Of a DNA stretch of 64,000 nucleotides, positions 23,707-36,683 are shown one piece after another (position 1 is the stretch's first letter; each line of letters begins with the position of its first letter). A model generated the notes under the pieces. It made no database searches. It was not told the DNA's origin and saw nothing but the letters and a program-made list of their open reading frames with translations. A program made the translations under genes and the position numbers. Origin of the DNA: Klebsormidium nitens (Eukaryota; Plantae; Klebsormidiophyceae); assembly GCA_000708835.1 (NCBI GenBank), contig DF237278.1:1-64000 (forward strand). Direction: 5' to 3'.

Positions 23707-26700
23707 ATGCAGAGCTCCAGGAAGTTCCGTGTTCCGAGGCCAGCAGTTTCCATCCTCGGCCTTGTAGTAGTGATGCTCATTGCTCTTGTCTCTTTCGAGA
23801 CTTGGTTCCGCCGGTCCCTCGTGAATGGCTCAATGGTTGTGAGCCTCCGTTCTGAGTGGGGGGAGCGCAGCCTGGTTCGAAAGAAGGGGGGGGTAACAGA
23901 AGATCTGGCGCACCTCCGCACTTCCATGGCCGTGATCCATGCTGAACTGCAGAGCATAAAAAACGTGTTGCGAATAAGCTCTGGCGGTCCGCAGCGGGAG
24001 GTGCGATGGGACAGCATCTGGAGGGGGGGTTCGCCGTGCGGGACCCCGAGAAAGGACCCCCCTGAGGGCAGGGAGTGGCACGTGGCCCCGTCCAAGTACC
24101 TCGTTGCCGGGTGCTTCATCGGCGGATTCTCTAACCGGATGGAAACCCTGCTCGCGACGTCAAAGCTCGCGAACGCCCTCCGGCGCACGCTCGTCATTGC
24201 GCCGTTCAAAGCGCTGGAAGAAGGCGCACTCGGCATCACGGGTGACTTTGACCCTTTGGGCGTGTTGGACCTCGAACTGGCGCAGGCGTGCGTGGGGGAG
24301 GGGCGGGTTATGTCTTGGGACCAGTTTACCACGTTTAACCAGGGGTTAAGCACCTTTGGTTTGTGCATTCACTTCCCTGGGGGAGAGGAGCGGTGCGAGC
24401 GGGGGCACAAGGTTGGGCGGGACACACTGGGGGTTCCGTTCGAGACTAAGGATATCAATGGGTACGAAGTCAAGGACCTAGCAGTGGAGTTGAAGTTTCC
24501 GGCGGACGTCCTGTGGGTGAGGCATCTGTCCTGCGGGTCGATTTGAACGGTTAGAAGCTGCCCATCCTTACATGCCTCGTTACGGTTTTTCCCGCAGTAT
24601 CCCGATTGGGATTCAAGAATCTACATGCGCAGTGGTGAAAAGATCTTCGAAGATCAAGCTGCATCTATCTCATATATTTGGCATCAAGCTCCTCAAATCT
24701 GCCTGCGCACCTTGTCAGCTGTTATGGGGACCTTTCGTCTTTGTGTGCGGTGGCCACTTGTACCAGGCCCGTAAACTTTACAAGGGTAGACACTTGCGTT
24801 TTGCTTTCGCTTTTCAAGCTTCTGAAATAGGTTTGAGAGCTCCATGAAGAACCACAAGAGTCAAATTATCTGGTAGAAGAACATGACTCCCAGAATTGGC
24901 CTTCATTCGTGTTCTATAAAGAGCCTGTCTGTGGCGAGCAAACAATCAAGCAGCATCGACCGAGCTGGTAGCTTGAGATCACCTCTAAAGAAATGTCAGA
25001 TACTCGAGGGGGCAAACACGTGCCCTGCAACGACGTTTGTAGGAAACACTCAAAGGATCGGCTGACGTATGACACACGTCAGCCTGCCTGCGATGACGCT
25101 CGTTCCGCTTTGCTTCGATCAAGTATCATGAATCTGAATCAGATCAGCGCCTTCCCCAAGCTTGCCTATGCAGGTCTTTGTCTATCAACCCGTTGCCAGA
25201 AATCAGATCACTAGTACCGTACTGCCATTTTCAATCTGTTTGAGAATTTATTTTGAGCCCCGGCGGAAACTTCCGGAAATTCTTTGATGCCCGGTGCGGA
25301 AAGCCAAAGAAAATGAACAGGACTTTTCAGGCCAAATGCCTTTTTCAGCGGGTAAATTCGTACAAACGTAGTCGAAGATTATTTCATTTGCCTGGGGCGA
25401 TGCAAATGCAAAAAGGGAAAACTGATTCGCGACCACCTTTGGCAGTACGGCACTCGGATCGGTTACCACCGGCAAAGCTTCCCCGCCAATCAACTGGCGG
25501 GTAAAATCTGGTTTGTCTGGTAAAATCGCTCTTCCATGGTCAAACCGGTTTCTTCTTCTTCAGGGTCTTAAAAGGTGTTAGTTTAACCTGGCGGTAACCC
25601 TATTTGCTGCTTACTCAACCAGCTACGCTGACAGAGGTTTGCAGGACAATTCTTTCTTCATCTAAAGCCAATCAACTGGCGGACTCTGCACTCAAACGTG
25701 GACACTTTTTTTCAGGTAGCCGAAGCACCCCACCTGGGCGATATGTGGAACTGGCAGCCAAAGATGAACTGCTCTTTGGAGTGGGACATTTTCCAGCCCT
25801 CGGCGGCGATCCGCTTGGCAGCGCACCGCTTCATTGCCGGAATGCTCGGCGCGGATTACGCGAGCTTCCACCTGCGGCGGGGCGACTTCTTCGACTATAT
25901 TGACATGGAAGCGGATCCCGGCACCTTGTGAGTGTCGTTCTTCACAAGAATATCTAGCCCTTAACCAAGGACGGTTCTGGGCTGGTTAAAACTGATTTCT
26001 ATATCCAGTAACCAGAACTGGGCGTTAAACAGCCTTGGAACCAGGTTCAAGCCCGGTGAAGTGTCTACTAACTCAACGTCAAGTCTGGTAGTCAGCCTCG
26101 TTAGCAGCCAAAACTTCCTGTGCTTGTGACGCTAGCTTTCGTGTGCTGGAAGCTTGTCCAGGTTAAGGGCTGACGGCTGGAAAGAGCGTACGGTAGTGGA
26201 CGCGAGAAGGGAACCTGGGCTGTGCCGCGACCTGTGAGAACCATCTTCGGTCAAGAGACAGTCGTCCCGCAGTCGTCCACGTATACAGACCGCGCTTGTC
26301 TCGTCGCTTTTCCCGTCGGTTGATCGGGTCGAGGGCAGGAAAGTAGGCGTCGGAACTTCTGGGTAGTCAGAGCTTTCCATTCTGAGAGGTCATGTGTTCA
26401 GACTTTTCGCTGCCTAGAGACCAGGACTTACAGGAAGTATGTTCATCCTGAACAGATGATTTGAATCTAAGCTAGGACCACGCAGTGTGAAGCTTGGCAG
26501 CCCGCCGCCGAGCGCCCCCAGGAGAATAAAAGACTGGAATAAAACATGGGAAAAAGAGGAAATAAACGGCCACAACGTGTTGTCCTCATCGAGGACAACA
26601 CTTGCGGCTGTGCTGCCACGACTTGCAGCCGTATCGGGAAGGGTCTGTGGCAATTTTATGAAGAGGATCTCGATGTCGGAACAGGATCTCGGAAGCATAA

Positions 26701-28054
26701 ACTTCGAGTGCTCAAAGAGAAGCAAACGCTGCTCGAAACTTTATGCCACCCACAAGACGAGGCGCTCCTAAACTTCCTTAGATTGACGTCACCGCAGAAC
26801 TGCAGCTGACGCAACGGCCTCTCACGAGACTTTGCTTCCAGGCGAAAACGCTCCCCGCCCCGCGCACTTCCCGGGTGCTCGTCATAGCGCAGCTGCGCTA
26901 CTTGAAAATCGCGCTGCCCAAGCTCGCGCACTACCTCCGCCACGCACACAAACGTAACCTTTAGCCAAACCCCGGCTGACCAGATTTGTGGCTCGCGCAG
27001 CTCGCGCGCCCCCATCTTCACGCAGCTGCGCTACACCGTGACCGCGCTCCCGAAGCTCGCGCACTACCTGCACCGCGCACACATGCGTGTCTTTTCCCCT
27101 CCGACCGATTTTTTTCGCTCGCGCAGCTCGCGCAACCCCGTCTTCACGCAGCTGCGCTACACCGTGACCGCGCTCCCGAAGCTCGCGCACTGCCTGGCCC
27201 GCGCGGTCGACGGCAGCAACTTGACCACGTTCTACGTCGCGTCGGACGCCAGCCAATGGGAGATGGACAACCTCCGGGAGCTGCTCGCGAGCAGGGGCGC
27301 GCATATGGTGACGCTGCCGCCCCATCAGGAGTGGGACAAGCACCGGTGGGCGCGGGGGCTCGCGCAGAATACCAAGGTTAGTACTGGGGTTGAGTGGCCC
27401 TTCCCCCGGGTCGCTTCCGATTTGCGAGGCTGTTTTCGCTCCAAATCAACGAATTTTCTAACGGACCATCAACCGGTTTGACTGGCAAAAGGCAGTAATA
27501 TCCCCAAGCAGAACCAGGGTCTTTGAACAGGATGTTATCTCCGCAACCCTCTCCAAGCCTCTAAACTTCGATCTCGTTTTCCTGATATGGAGGAGTCTTG
27601 GAAGGTGGTGTCTGGCTAATAGAGAGCCAAAACCCGACAAAATCAATTTCCTACGTGTTGCATCCTCAAACCGATCACAGCCTTCGCATCAGTAGCGTCG
27701 CGTAGATGTCTTGGCGCAACTTGGTGGCGCGAAAGAAAATCCTTCTTCACTTGGTGTTTCCTCTCCAGCCTTCGCCCGTGTTAATTCGCTGCGTAAGCTG
27801 GAACGAAACCCTTCTGACACGTGTCAGTCTGTCGTTTGCAGGTCGCTGCGATGCTGGACAAGTTCCTCTGCACGGCCGCGACAATGTTCGTTTCAAGCCG
27901 GGGCTCTATCTTCTCCAATCACGTGACGCGCGCGCGGCGTGCCTGGAGCCTGGACACGTGTCACGACCACGAAGTGTGTACGCTCCCAGGGGACGAGGAC
28001 GATTTTACGTTCAGCACACCTCAGCCGATTCACGAAGGAGTGCTCATGAAATAA
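23707..28054 (+). CDS. GDP-fucose protein O-fucosyltransferase family protein (paralog A), 4 exons, ~494 aa
   Basis: Exons 23707-24516, 25716-25927, 27127-27376, 27842-28054 (1485 nt). An N-terminal TM segment is followed by an amphipathic stem. Motifs: KYLVAGCFIGGFSNRM, YASFHLRRGDF, FYVASD, AAMLDKFLCTAATMFVSSRGSIFS. Confidence 0.9.
26855..27200 (+). repeat. Duplicated exon-3 start plus acceptor of paralog A (126-bp period) with a third degraded copy
   Basis: gctcgcgcag|ctcgcgc...cttcacgcagctgcgctacaccgtgaccgcgctcccgaagctcgcgcact starts at 27001 and 27127. A degraded copy lies at ~26885-26940. Confidence 0.9.
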
Positions 28055-29727
28055 GGGAAGGGTCTCTATTCCACGAAACGGATTATAGAACAGTATACAC
28101 GTTTGAAAGCAATTGACGACGAATTACGTCCAGTGTGAGCCAACCGGAGATGTAAAGGTAGGGATCGAATTGCCTAGCCGCGTATCAGGCCCACCCTCAG
28201 GTCGTATCATAGTATATCGTTACTACGTGATTCGTTGAAAGCTTTCTGGCTATGTAATTTAAACAGAATTGGCGAGCAAAGGGGTCAAGTCATATTGGGC
28301 AGGTGGCTTGAGTCTCTGAACGGCTCAACCTTTGCACTTTCATGTCCTAAAGTTGCATATCAGCTGGTTTTTCAGACGATAAAGATCACCGGAGGCTATA
28401 TGGTTGCATAAAGAAGGACGTTTTTTCGCGGTGGGAAAGCAAGCAGAACAAGAGATATGGCCATTTGGACACGGTTGACTAAATATATACAATTCGAGGA
28501 GCCGTTAAATCATTGACGAACACGAATTTTGCAATATGTCTTCAACGCCCATGCTAGTTGAGGTCAGATGGCCATATTCATGAGTCGATTCAATGCTCTC
28601 ATGTTTTGAACGCGACTAGCATCGTCTCGAGGTATTGACGTGAATGACTTACCTTACTGTGGCTTTTTGTGTTGTTATTCAATTGCACCTACTCAGCATA
28701 AGCCGATCTCACTGTCACAGTTTCCGCCTTGCCGGTTATAGCGGGCGTGCATCTCTAGGGTAATCAGATACAAGCTTTTGCCAGTCTGAACTTTATATAT
28801 GCATGAAGCATTCATGTGTGTATCAATTGATGGCAAATTATTGTCTTCCGGAAACACAGCTAATTGAACTTCTGACGGCTTATGGCCTGATTGCGGATCC
28901 GACACAAGTGCGCGTTCCGTCTGTCACGGTAACGGCGTCAGCCCGGCCGCTGCAGCTCAGACTGAGTCCTGTTCAGCAGGTCCTTTCGTCACGAAGCAAA
29001 TGATCGAGGGTTCATAACAAGTGAAACGACATCCAAAGGCGCCATATTCTCGTACTGTCACGACGCCATGCGAATTGTATAGAAGTTACCAAGGACCAAC
29101 AACTGCACGTCCAGGGATCCAATCGCACCAGATTGATCCATGCGCGTAATTGAGATTCTCAACTCTGTATCCGAGACTTGTTCGGATTGACGTCCACCTT
29201 TGGATCGTCATCGAGCGGGACATTCAAACGCTCGTGGAATGTGCGTGCAGAAAAGACGTTCTGCATTCGGCTTCGAGTTTTCAGAAGCCAGCTTAAACAT
29301 AAACCGAAATGAGAGCGATTGTATGCTTGTCGTAGTGGCAGAAGACGCCATGCAACTGAATGGGCTATCGGAGTTGAGTTGCATAAAAGCTCACAAGACA
29401 ATGATTTTTCGACTGGCGGATGTCAATAGGTTGAGACAAACGGCTCAGTCTGTCTCTCAGGAGAATGTTCCAAACATCACACGAAATGTCTGTCGCGCTG
29501 ATTGCGACTTTTGACTGCTCCATTTCTTAGGTTAGATTCTAACGTTAGCGTTATTCGAAGGTTCTCAGAAACTGCTGCACAACTGGGAAGCACGATTCTT
29601 TATTAGGAGTATCAGTGCATTGCCTACGATCTGACCCAAGATCAGTGTTTAATTGCTGGAGGTTAGACTGTTATCCTGCGGTCTATAAGAGTTCAGCTCG
29701 AGAGGTACTGATATCACAAGTATATCA

Positions 29728-29811
29728 GGCTGCTAAACAGGCTGATTACACAGACTCGAGTCTCAGGTTATTGGACAAGTAACCGGTCTTTAAACTTCTT
29801 TCAAGGCTGGT
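29728..29811. repeat. Short dispersed repeat, copy 1 (homolog at 57912-57993)
   Basis: Both loci share ggctgctaa.caggc.gat.ac....gact...tctc.ggttattggaca...caaggctggt in the same order. Confidence 0.75.
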
Positions 29812-29898
29812 TACCGCCAATGTCTGGTATCTTATTAACCAGTCCATAGCCAGTCCATAACCATCCTTGGTTAATGACCAAGATTCCCTGCGTATACC

Positions 29899-32800
29899 TC
29901 ATGATCTCAAACGCACGGACTGGCTGCTGGGCTCGGCGGCGCCTCTGAAATTGAACGCATCCTCGTCGCCCGGCAACGTGCACACCTCGTGGTCGTGACA
30001 CGTGTCCAGGCTCCAGGAGCGCCGCATCCGGAACACGTGCTCCGAGAAGATGGACCCCCGGCTGTTGATGAACACTGTCGCCGTCGTGCACAGGAACTTG
30101 TCCAGCATGGCAGCGACCTGCGAATCGGAAAGTGCCACGTGTTCAATCAAGGTGGACCCCCGGCTGTTGAATAACACGGTGGCGGTCGTGCACAGGAACT
30201 TGTCCAGCATGGCAGCGACCTGCGAATGTAACAGTGACACGTGTTCATTGCTTAAGCACCAGCTTAAGCTCCGGAGCTCTCGGTGGCGAACTTCCGCACT
30301 CAAACCGCAGCCGCTCGGTCGCCGCGAAATAGACCCCCAGCGCTCTTTCAGGGGTTCGGAGCGGCGGTGAAGAAAGACGTCTTTGCGACTCACCTGAAAG
30401 CTTTCATTTGCATTGAAGACAGATTTTCATTTGACGGCCTCAAACTTTTGCAGTCGGGACAAACGTTCCATTGGCTGACGAAAGAGTTTTGCGGCCAAGA
30501 CAGACGTTCTTCGGCGGACCTTAGACTTTTGCGGTAAAGATAGACGTCTTTCTCACTGACCTGAGATATTTGCGATGAAGACAGACGTCTTTCTAAACTG
30601 ACCCGAGAAATTTGCTGTGAAGACAGACGTTGATTTTTGCATTCAGGACAAAAGTTGATTCGGCTAAGATGAGAGTTTGCAGTCAATGGAGCCCCGAGGC
30701 GTGTCGGAGGCGTGCATTTGGGGGGACCTTAACGTTCTGCGGTGAAGACAGACGTGCATCTGAATGACCAGGAGTTTGCGGTAAAGACAGACGTTCATTT
30801 TGAATGACCTAAGAGTTTTGCAGCCAAGACAAAAGTAGAGTCGGCTGACCGAAGAGAGTTCCGCAGTCAAGACAAACCTTTATTCGGCTGATTTGAGAGT
30901 TTTGCGGTCAAGACAGACGTCTTTTTCCAACTTGAATGACCTGCGAGGTTTGCCGGCAAGATGGACGTTTATCTGACGGGCCTGCGAGTTTCGCGCGAGG
31001 CCCAAGGAAAGGGCCACTAACCCCGCTACTAACCTGCGAGTTTTGCGCGAGGCCCAAGGAAAGGGCCACTAACCCCGCTACTAACCTGCGAGTTTTGCGC
31101 GAGGCCCTGTGCCCAGCGGTGCTTGTCCCACTCCTGGTACGGCGGCAGCGTCACGATCTGCACGCCCCTGCTCGCGAGCAGCTTCTCCAGCGTGTCCATC
31201 TCCCACTTGTTGGCGTCCGACGCGACGTACAGCGTCGTGAAGTTGCTGCCGCGGATCGCGCGATGCAGGCAGTGCGCGAGCTTCGGGAGCGGGGTCACGG
31301 TGTAGCGCAGCTGCGTGAAGACGGGCTCGCGCGAACTGCGCGAGACAGAGAGTAAGTCAGCCGGGGCTTGCAGGCTCGATTCGAATCACATCCCTGTGCG
31401 CGGTGCTATTAGTGCGCGGGGCGGTGCGGTGCTTTGGGGCGGTGCGCAGCTTGATAAAGACGGGCTCGCGCGATTGCGCTAGGCGGAAAGCTAGCCAGCC
31501 AGGGCGTGCGTAAGTGAGCAAGAATGCAACCAAAAAGAGCGACGCGTCAACTGAACAACACGCTTCGTCCGTCGCCAGACAAGCGTTCTCGACAGCGACA
31601 AGTAAGCCCAGCTCCCTTTCATGAAAGTAGCCGTTCCGCCACGGAAGCGAAGCGTCTCCAGCTCTGACCATCGCTGCGAAAAGCTTCTGGCTGAAGTTGG
31701 AGGATACCGTGTCCGTAATTCCAAGAACCGTTCACCAGGTCCGTTCACAAGATCAACTGTCCCAATCAAAAATAGCGTCCATCTTTATCGGGCTCGGAGC
31801 ATTCCCAAAAGAAGTTGTACGCAATCGGTGAGAAAGGTAGCTCGGAATGCAATCTGCCAAGGGAGGAAAGCGTATAAGCGTGCTTCTGGTGGATCGATCA
31901 AGGGTGCTCACAAGGTGCTGGGGTCAGCGTCGAGATCCATGAAGTCGAAGAAGTCGCCCCGCCGCAGGTGGAAGCTCGCGTAATCCGTGCCCAGCATTCC
32001 GGCGATGAAACGGTGCGCTGCCAACCGGATTGCCGCGGAGGGCTGGAACAAGTCCCACTCCAATGAACAGCTCATCTGCGGCTGCCAGTTCCACAGAGCA
32101 CCCAGAAAAGCTGCTTCGGCGGCCTGTAGAAATCGTCCCAAAACAACTGAGATAGATGGCATAAGAGGAGGTTAAAATGTTACGTTTACGAAAAAATGAC
32201 AAACGGTGGTCAAGATCTTGCCCCTCCTGGAACCTGACGATGTAAGGTACGGGGCTCTCCGATTCTTGAAAGCAAAATGTCGAAGACACCTTTTCCAGCT
32301 TTGGAACTAGGATCTGGCTACAGCTGACAGCCCCTCAAATCTCACGCTATTGCTTCAGATATCTCTATAAAACAACATTACGCAACAAGACAACGCAATT
32401 CAGTCAGACGCGATAAGACAAACAACAAAAGACTCGATCCCCAATCATGCTCGGAGATTATTGATTCTGGCACTTGGAACTTTTCGAACCTTGATGTAGG
32501 TGGCACTGTTACACTAGCTCGCCGACCTTTCAATCTTTGTCTGAGGAACTCAATCTCCTGTTTGAGCGCTGGTAGCGTCCAAAGACGAGGATAACTTACC
32601 CAGAGGACGTCCGCGTCAAAATTCAGCTGCGTCGGTATGTGCGTGACCTCAAACCCGTTGATGGCTTCCGTTTCGAACGTCACTCCCAGTGTGTCCCGCC
32701 CCACCTGGTGCCCAGGCTCGCACCGCCCCTCCCCGCCAGGAAAGTAGATGCACAAACCCAAAACGCTTAACCCCTGGTTAACTTTCGTGAACTGCTCCCA

Positions 32801-33517
32801 GGAGATGACCCGCCCCTCACCCACGCACGCCTGCGCTAATTCCAGGTCCAAGACGCTCAGGGGATCGAAATCGCCGGTCACGCCCAGCGCGCTTTCTTCC
32901 AGCGACAAGAACGGCGCGACGACGAGCGTGCGCTGGAGCGCGACCGCGACCTTCACGGACGCCAGCAGGGTTTCCATGCGGTTAGAGAAACCGCCCACGA
33001 AACACCCCGCGACGAGGTACTTGGATTCGGTGACCTTCCATTCTCTCCCGGCGGGGGGGTAGTGTTTTTCGTGCTCGCACGGTGCCCCCTCCCTCCAGAT
33101 GCTGTCCTCCTGATCCCCCGGCTGGCGAATCGGGGCGCCTTTTCCCACCAAACTCGCTAGTGCCTGGAGCTGAGATTGGAGCACGCCCATCGAACTCCGC
33201 AGCAGTGCAAACTCTTTTCCGACCCCCCCCTCATTCCCGCCCAGATTGGCCCCCCCCTCATGCCCACGCAAAGTGCCCGCCCCCTCATCTCCTCGTAAAG
33301 TCCCCCCCTCCTTTATTCCGCCCAGATCGCCCCCCCCGTCATCTCCGCCGACACCGCCACCCCGCAACTCGGAACGAAGGCTCCCTACCACGGGACCACG
33401 TGAAAGAATCGAACGGAGCGCCTTCTCGGAGGTGATGAGCGTACAGAGCACTATACCGGACAAGCCGAGGATGATCAGAATGGGGCGCGGGCCGGGGAGC
33501 TTTCTGGCGCTCTGCAT
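29899..33517 (-). CDS. GDP-fucose protein O-fucosyltransferase family protein (paralog B), 4 exons, ~532 aa
   Basis: Exons 33517-32600, 32123-31912, 31335-31086, 30117-29899 (alternative acceptor at 30219). Start MQSARKLPGPRP matches paralog A MQSSRKFRVPRP. Motifs: GCFVGGFSNRM, FHLRRGDF, LYVASD, MLDKFLC. Internal exons are 212 and 250 nt, as in paralog A. Confidence 0.9.
30370..31085. repeat. Degenerate minisatellite plus 52-bp duplication of the exon-3 donor in intron 3 of paralog B
   Basis: The unit ttttgcgg(t/c)(a/c/g)aagacagacgt recurs over 30370-30930. ctaacctgcgagttttgcgcgaggccc occurs at 31029 and 31081, with a degraded copy at ~30980. Confidence 0.85.
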
Positions 33518-35255
33518 GGGTGACACGTGGCAGCTTTGTGTGATGTTGTCCGTTGTCTTGAGGTGCAAGCCTGCAAAGGTATCCCAACTCACAGAATTGG
33601 CGCCGCTTGTGTCGAGGCTAGAGGGAAGACCCTTCCTGCATGAGAAGACGGGGAAATTTACTGCCGGAGATTTGCTTATTGCACGTCTCAAGCACCGGAC
33701 TCGCAAGAAAGGACAGGGGTATGCGCTTTTTTGCGAATAAAGAGGGTGATTATGAGCACACAGGCACGCACTGACGCTTGTGGGCTGTTTCAAATCTAGG
33801 CCTTCTGCTGAGCTGTGGCCTGTAATCTGATAAGCGCTTCTCAAAAAAAATCTTGGCTTTCCAATTTTTAGGGTTATATTCCAAAACCTGGCACTTTACG
33901 CGTCCAGGAAGCCAGCGCACACGGCTTGATTTGCTGACCCCATCGTCAAACGGCTCCAACGTTTTAGGGGTTCCTCCTTGTTGGTGGTTTCAAGAGGCTT
34001 TCCGCTTGAAGCAAACCAGTGGGCCAGCTCTTGGCGCTTTTCATGAGAAATATCTCTCTGTGATCTTTCAAGGAATGTACGAAATTGAAAAGAGCAATAA
34101 AATGAGTGTTCTCCACAAAATCTTGTCTGACCACTACAGCACATAAACGACCAGCATGAGAGTTGGTCGATCAGAAAACGTGTCTCGTTTTAGCTAGCTA
34201 GCTTCTAACATTGGTCTCTATTCAAGGGCAAATGGTAAGGATATATAATTTCAGTGGATAGCACCTTTTTGCAATGTTCAAGCCTCAGGGGCACAGCTAG
34301 CTTTGTTGATGACAAACACAGCCGGCTTAAATGCTGTTCAAGATTGCATGTTTCGATGGCCATCATCCTGTGCAAATTAAAGGTTCCAGCTAGGCCAGGA
34401 TCTTTTGCTCGACTTTCAGCCCATTGTACTCAGAGAAGCACTCAAATTCCCCAAAAGTGCTGTCATGATCAACGACGCGGGTACTGATCAGCGGTGGGCC
34501 AACACCACCGTTTGAACTGAAGCGCGGCCCATGCAATCACGGATGACATTTCAAGTATAAACAAGTCCAATGCGAGAGGTATTTCCAAGACCAGCTGCAT
34601 TACCCACCTATTTGCGCTCAGCTGGGCGGTTCCTCCTCGTCCTAGTAGCGGCTCGCCACTCACACGAACTTGTGAGCATGCCAAAATGTTGCGAGCTTGT
34701 GGGCAGAGAGAAAACGTGTAGGAACGTTCCACACCAGCTGTTCCTCAAGCTTCCCGCAGACTTAGGCCCTTCGCATCAATAGCTCAGATAGCTTCTTCAA
34801 GCTGGCTTGCTGCTCACACCTTTTCTGAAACGTTTTTAAAGTTGACGTCTTTCTGGGCAACTGATTAGGAAGTTAAGTATGCGAGTTAGTGCTAGAATTT
34901 GACTCTAACCTCCTGCGAGTCAGAATTCGAATGCGGGTATGTCTTTGAAAAGGTATCTACTATCCATGCAGGTTACCAGTTTATGCCACTATACCAGGAC
35001 AACACAGCAAAGTTGGCAATCCAAGTATACAATCTCATAGGTGAAAATGCTTTTGAATTCTGGCAGTCTGGTAGCACAATGACTGACAGTTATCAGAGAA
35101 TATCCCTAAAATATGGAGGGTACTACCTACGTTCATGAAATTGGTTCCCGGCGCTCGCCAGGTGCTGTCTAACCAGCTCCGCTGATCGAGCCAAGGCGGA
35201 ATGACGGAATTCAAAAACTGCCTATAACAAGCTAGGAATCAGGATCAGATTCACA

Positions 35256-35940
35256 GTACTACCTGTAACCTACTACATGTACGGTGCCCCCTCTGCAGGC
35301 AGCAGGATTCATGAACTGCCGAGTTCATTTTTCAGCCTTCGGCTCGCTGGCTTGCTCGGCCAGCTGACACCAACATCTACCAGTGCCCCCATTATATCAT
35401 TCTGACCACTCACAAGGGCACAGTACGGTGTACATTGAATAATATAGGTAGGTACCCGCAATCGTACTCAATCAGAAGGTACAGTACCTAAATGAGACAT
35501 CCGCAGCAGTGGGTACGCCTATTCGGGTACGAACCGGAGAATCCGGTAACGTCACGGGGCGCACTACCGGTATGCGCATCGCGGAGGTCTGTGATGTACG
35601 GAACAAGTCCGAACGACGCTTTTGTCATTGTCCTAGTCCCGGGCGCACACGAAGCTCTCAACAATGGGTATGAGCAGCGACCGGAGGTGCCTGGCAGTAC
35701 AAAATCGGTCACAGAACAGTGCCTCTTCTGTAGCTGGGGGCGGGGTTTTAAGTACCAGGTAGGTACTTAAAACCTCGCCTTGGAGCTGAAGACTACCGTA
35801 CGACGTACGGTACACGTAGGTACTCGAGAACATGACGGGACTCGCGTGCTAGATACCTGCGGCTGGCCCGTCGCTGCATGCCCTGACTGCCGCCAGTGAA
35901 CACAGTGCACACTACTAGGTACCACCGTAGGTAGGTACTG
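35256..35940. promoter_or_regulatory. GTAC-dense cluster in the divergent spacer between paralog B and gene 6
   Basis: About 20 GTAC counted by eye in ~690 bp, against ~3 expected. Confidence 0.5.
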
Positions 35941-36683
35941 CTCTTGACTTCTCAATTCCCCATAGGCTCGGCCGGAACTTGGCGCCAGTGCTCCCAATGT
36001 CCATGTTACCTTATTCAGGTATGCTGACGTGACTCCTGAGCTCACAGCGAGGTGCTTAACATCCTCTGCTGACGAGGACATTAGCGCCTGCATTGCACGA
36101 GTGAGGTGTGCTAGCGCTGACGTCCCGTGACGTCGGCTTGGACTATGTCACCTGAAAGTCTTTGCCGCTCAGTTTGAAATTAGCCTACCTGTTGAATTGT
36201 ATTCAAAACACTGCGTTGAGTACTGATTTGAGCTGCCGACCCCTGCGAGAAGCAGTTGAAGCTGCGACTAGGTAGTGTTGACTCTTCCCCAGCTGATGGT
36301 TGCACGCAGGGCTTATCTCCTCAAAAGCTGGATGAATTCCGGCGGATAGGCATTCTTACGTCACTGGCGCTAAACGTCAGCACGGGGCGAACGAATCCCG
36401 ACGTCATTGAAATTAAAGGGGGCCAGTAGATATATTGGCCTTCTTCTGCAGCCTGCTCTTTGTGCGGCAGCTCTAGCGGAGCTAGCAAGCCGTGACTCTG
36501 AGTTATCTGGATAAGATACCTAAGCACTGGCAGCTCGAAACACGACTGTTTTATCTCCTCGCTGGAGTGTCTGCCTCTTGTTCCATTTACAGCCAGATCC
36601 CAGCTGCCAGAAACTCGTCTTCTCATCGCTCAATCCAATCCTTCTCGCCTCGCAGCAACAGCGCTCTCCTCAAACCTTCCCCA

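Noticed and set aside
26487-26809. Two overlapping ORFs in intron 2 of paralog A
   Set aside because: No recognisable transposase or other motif, and no splice signals linking them to anything.
18747-33740. Long ORFs antisense to or overlapping GC-rich exons (e.g. 18747-19490, 23541-24368, 32748-33740)
   Set aside because: These are shadow ORFs caused by GC3-biased codon usage on the true coding strand.
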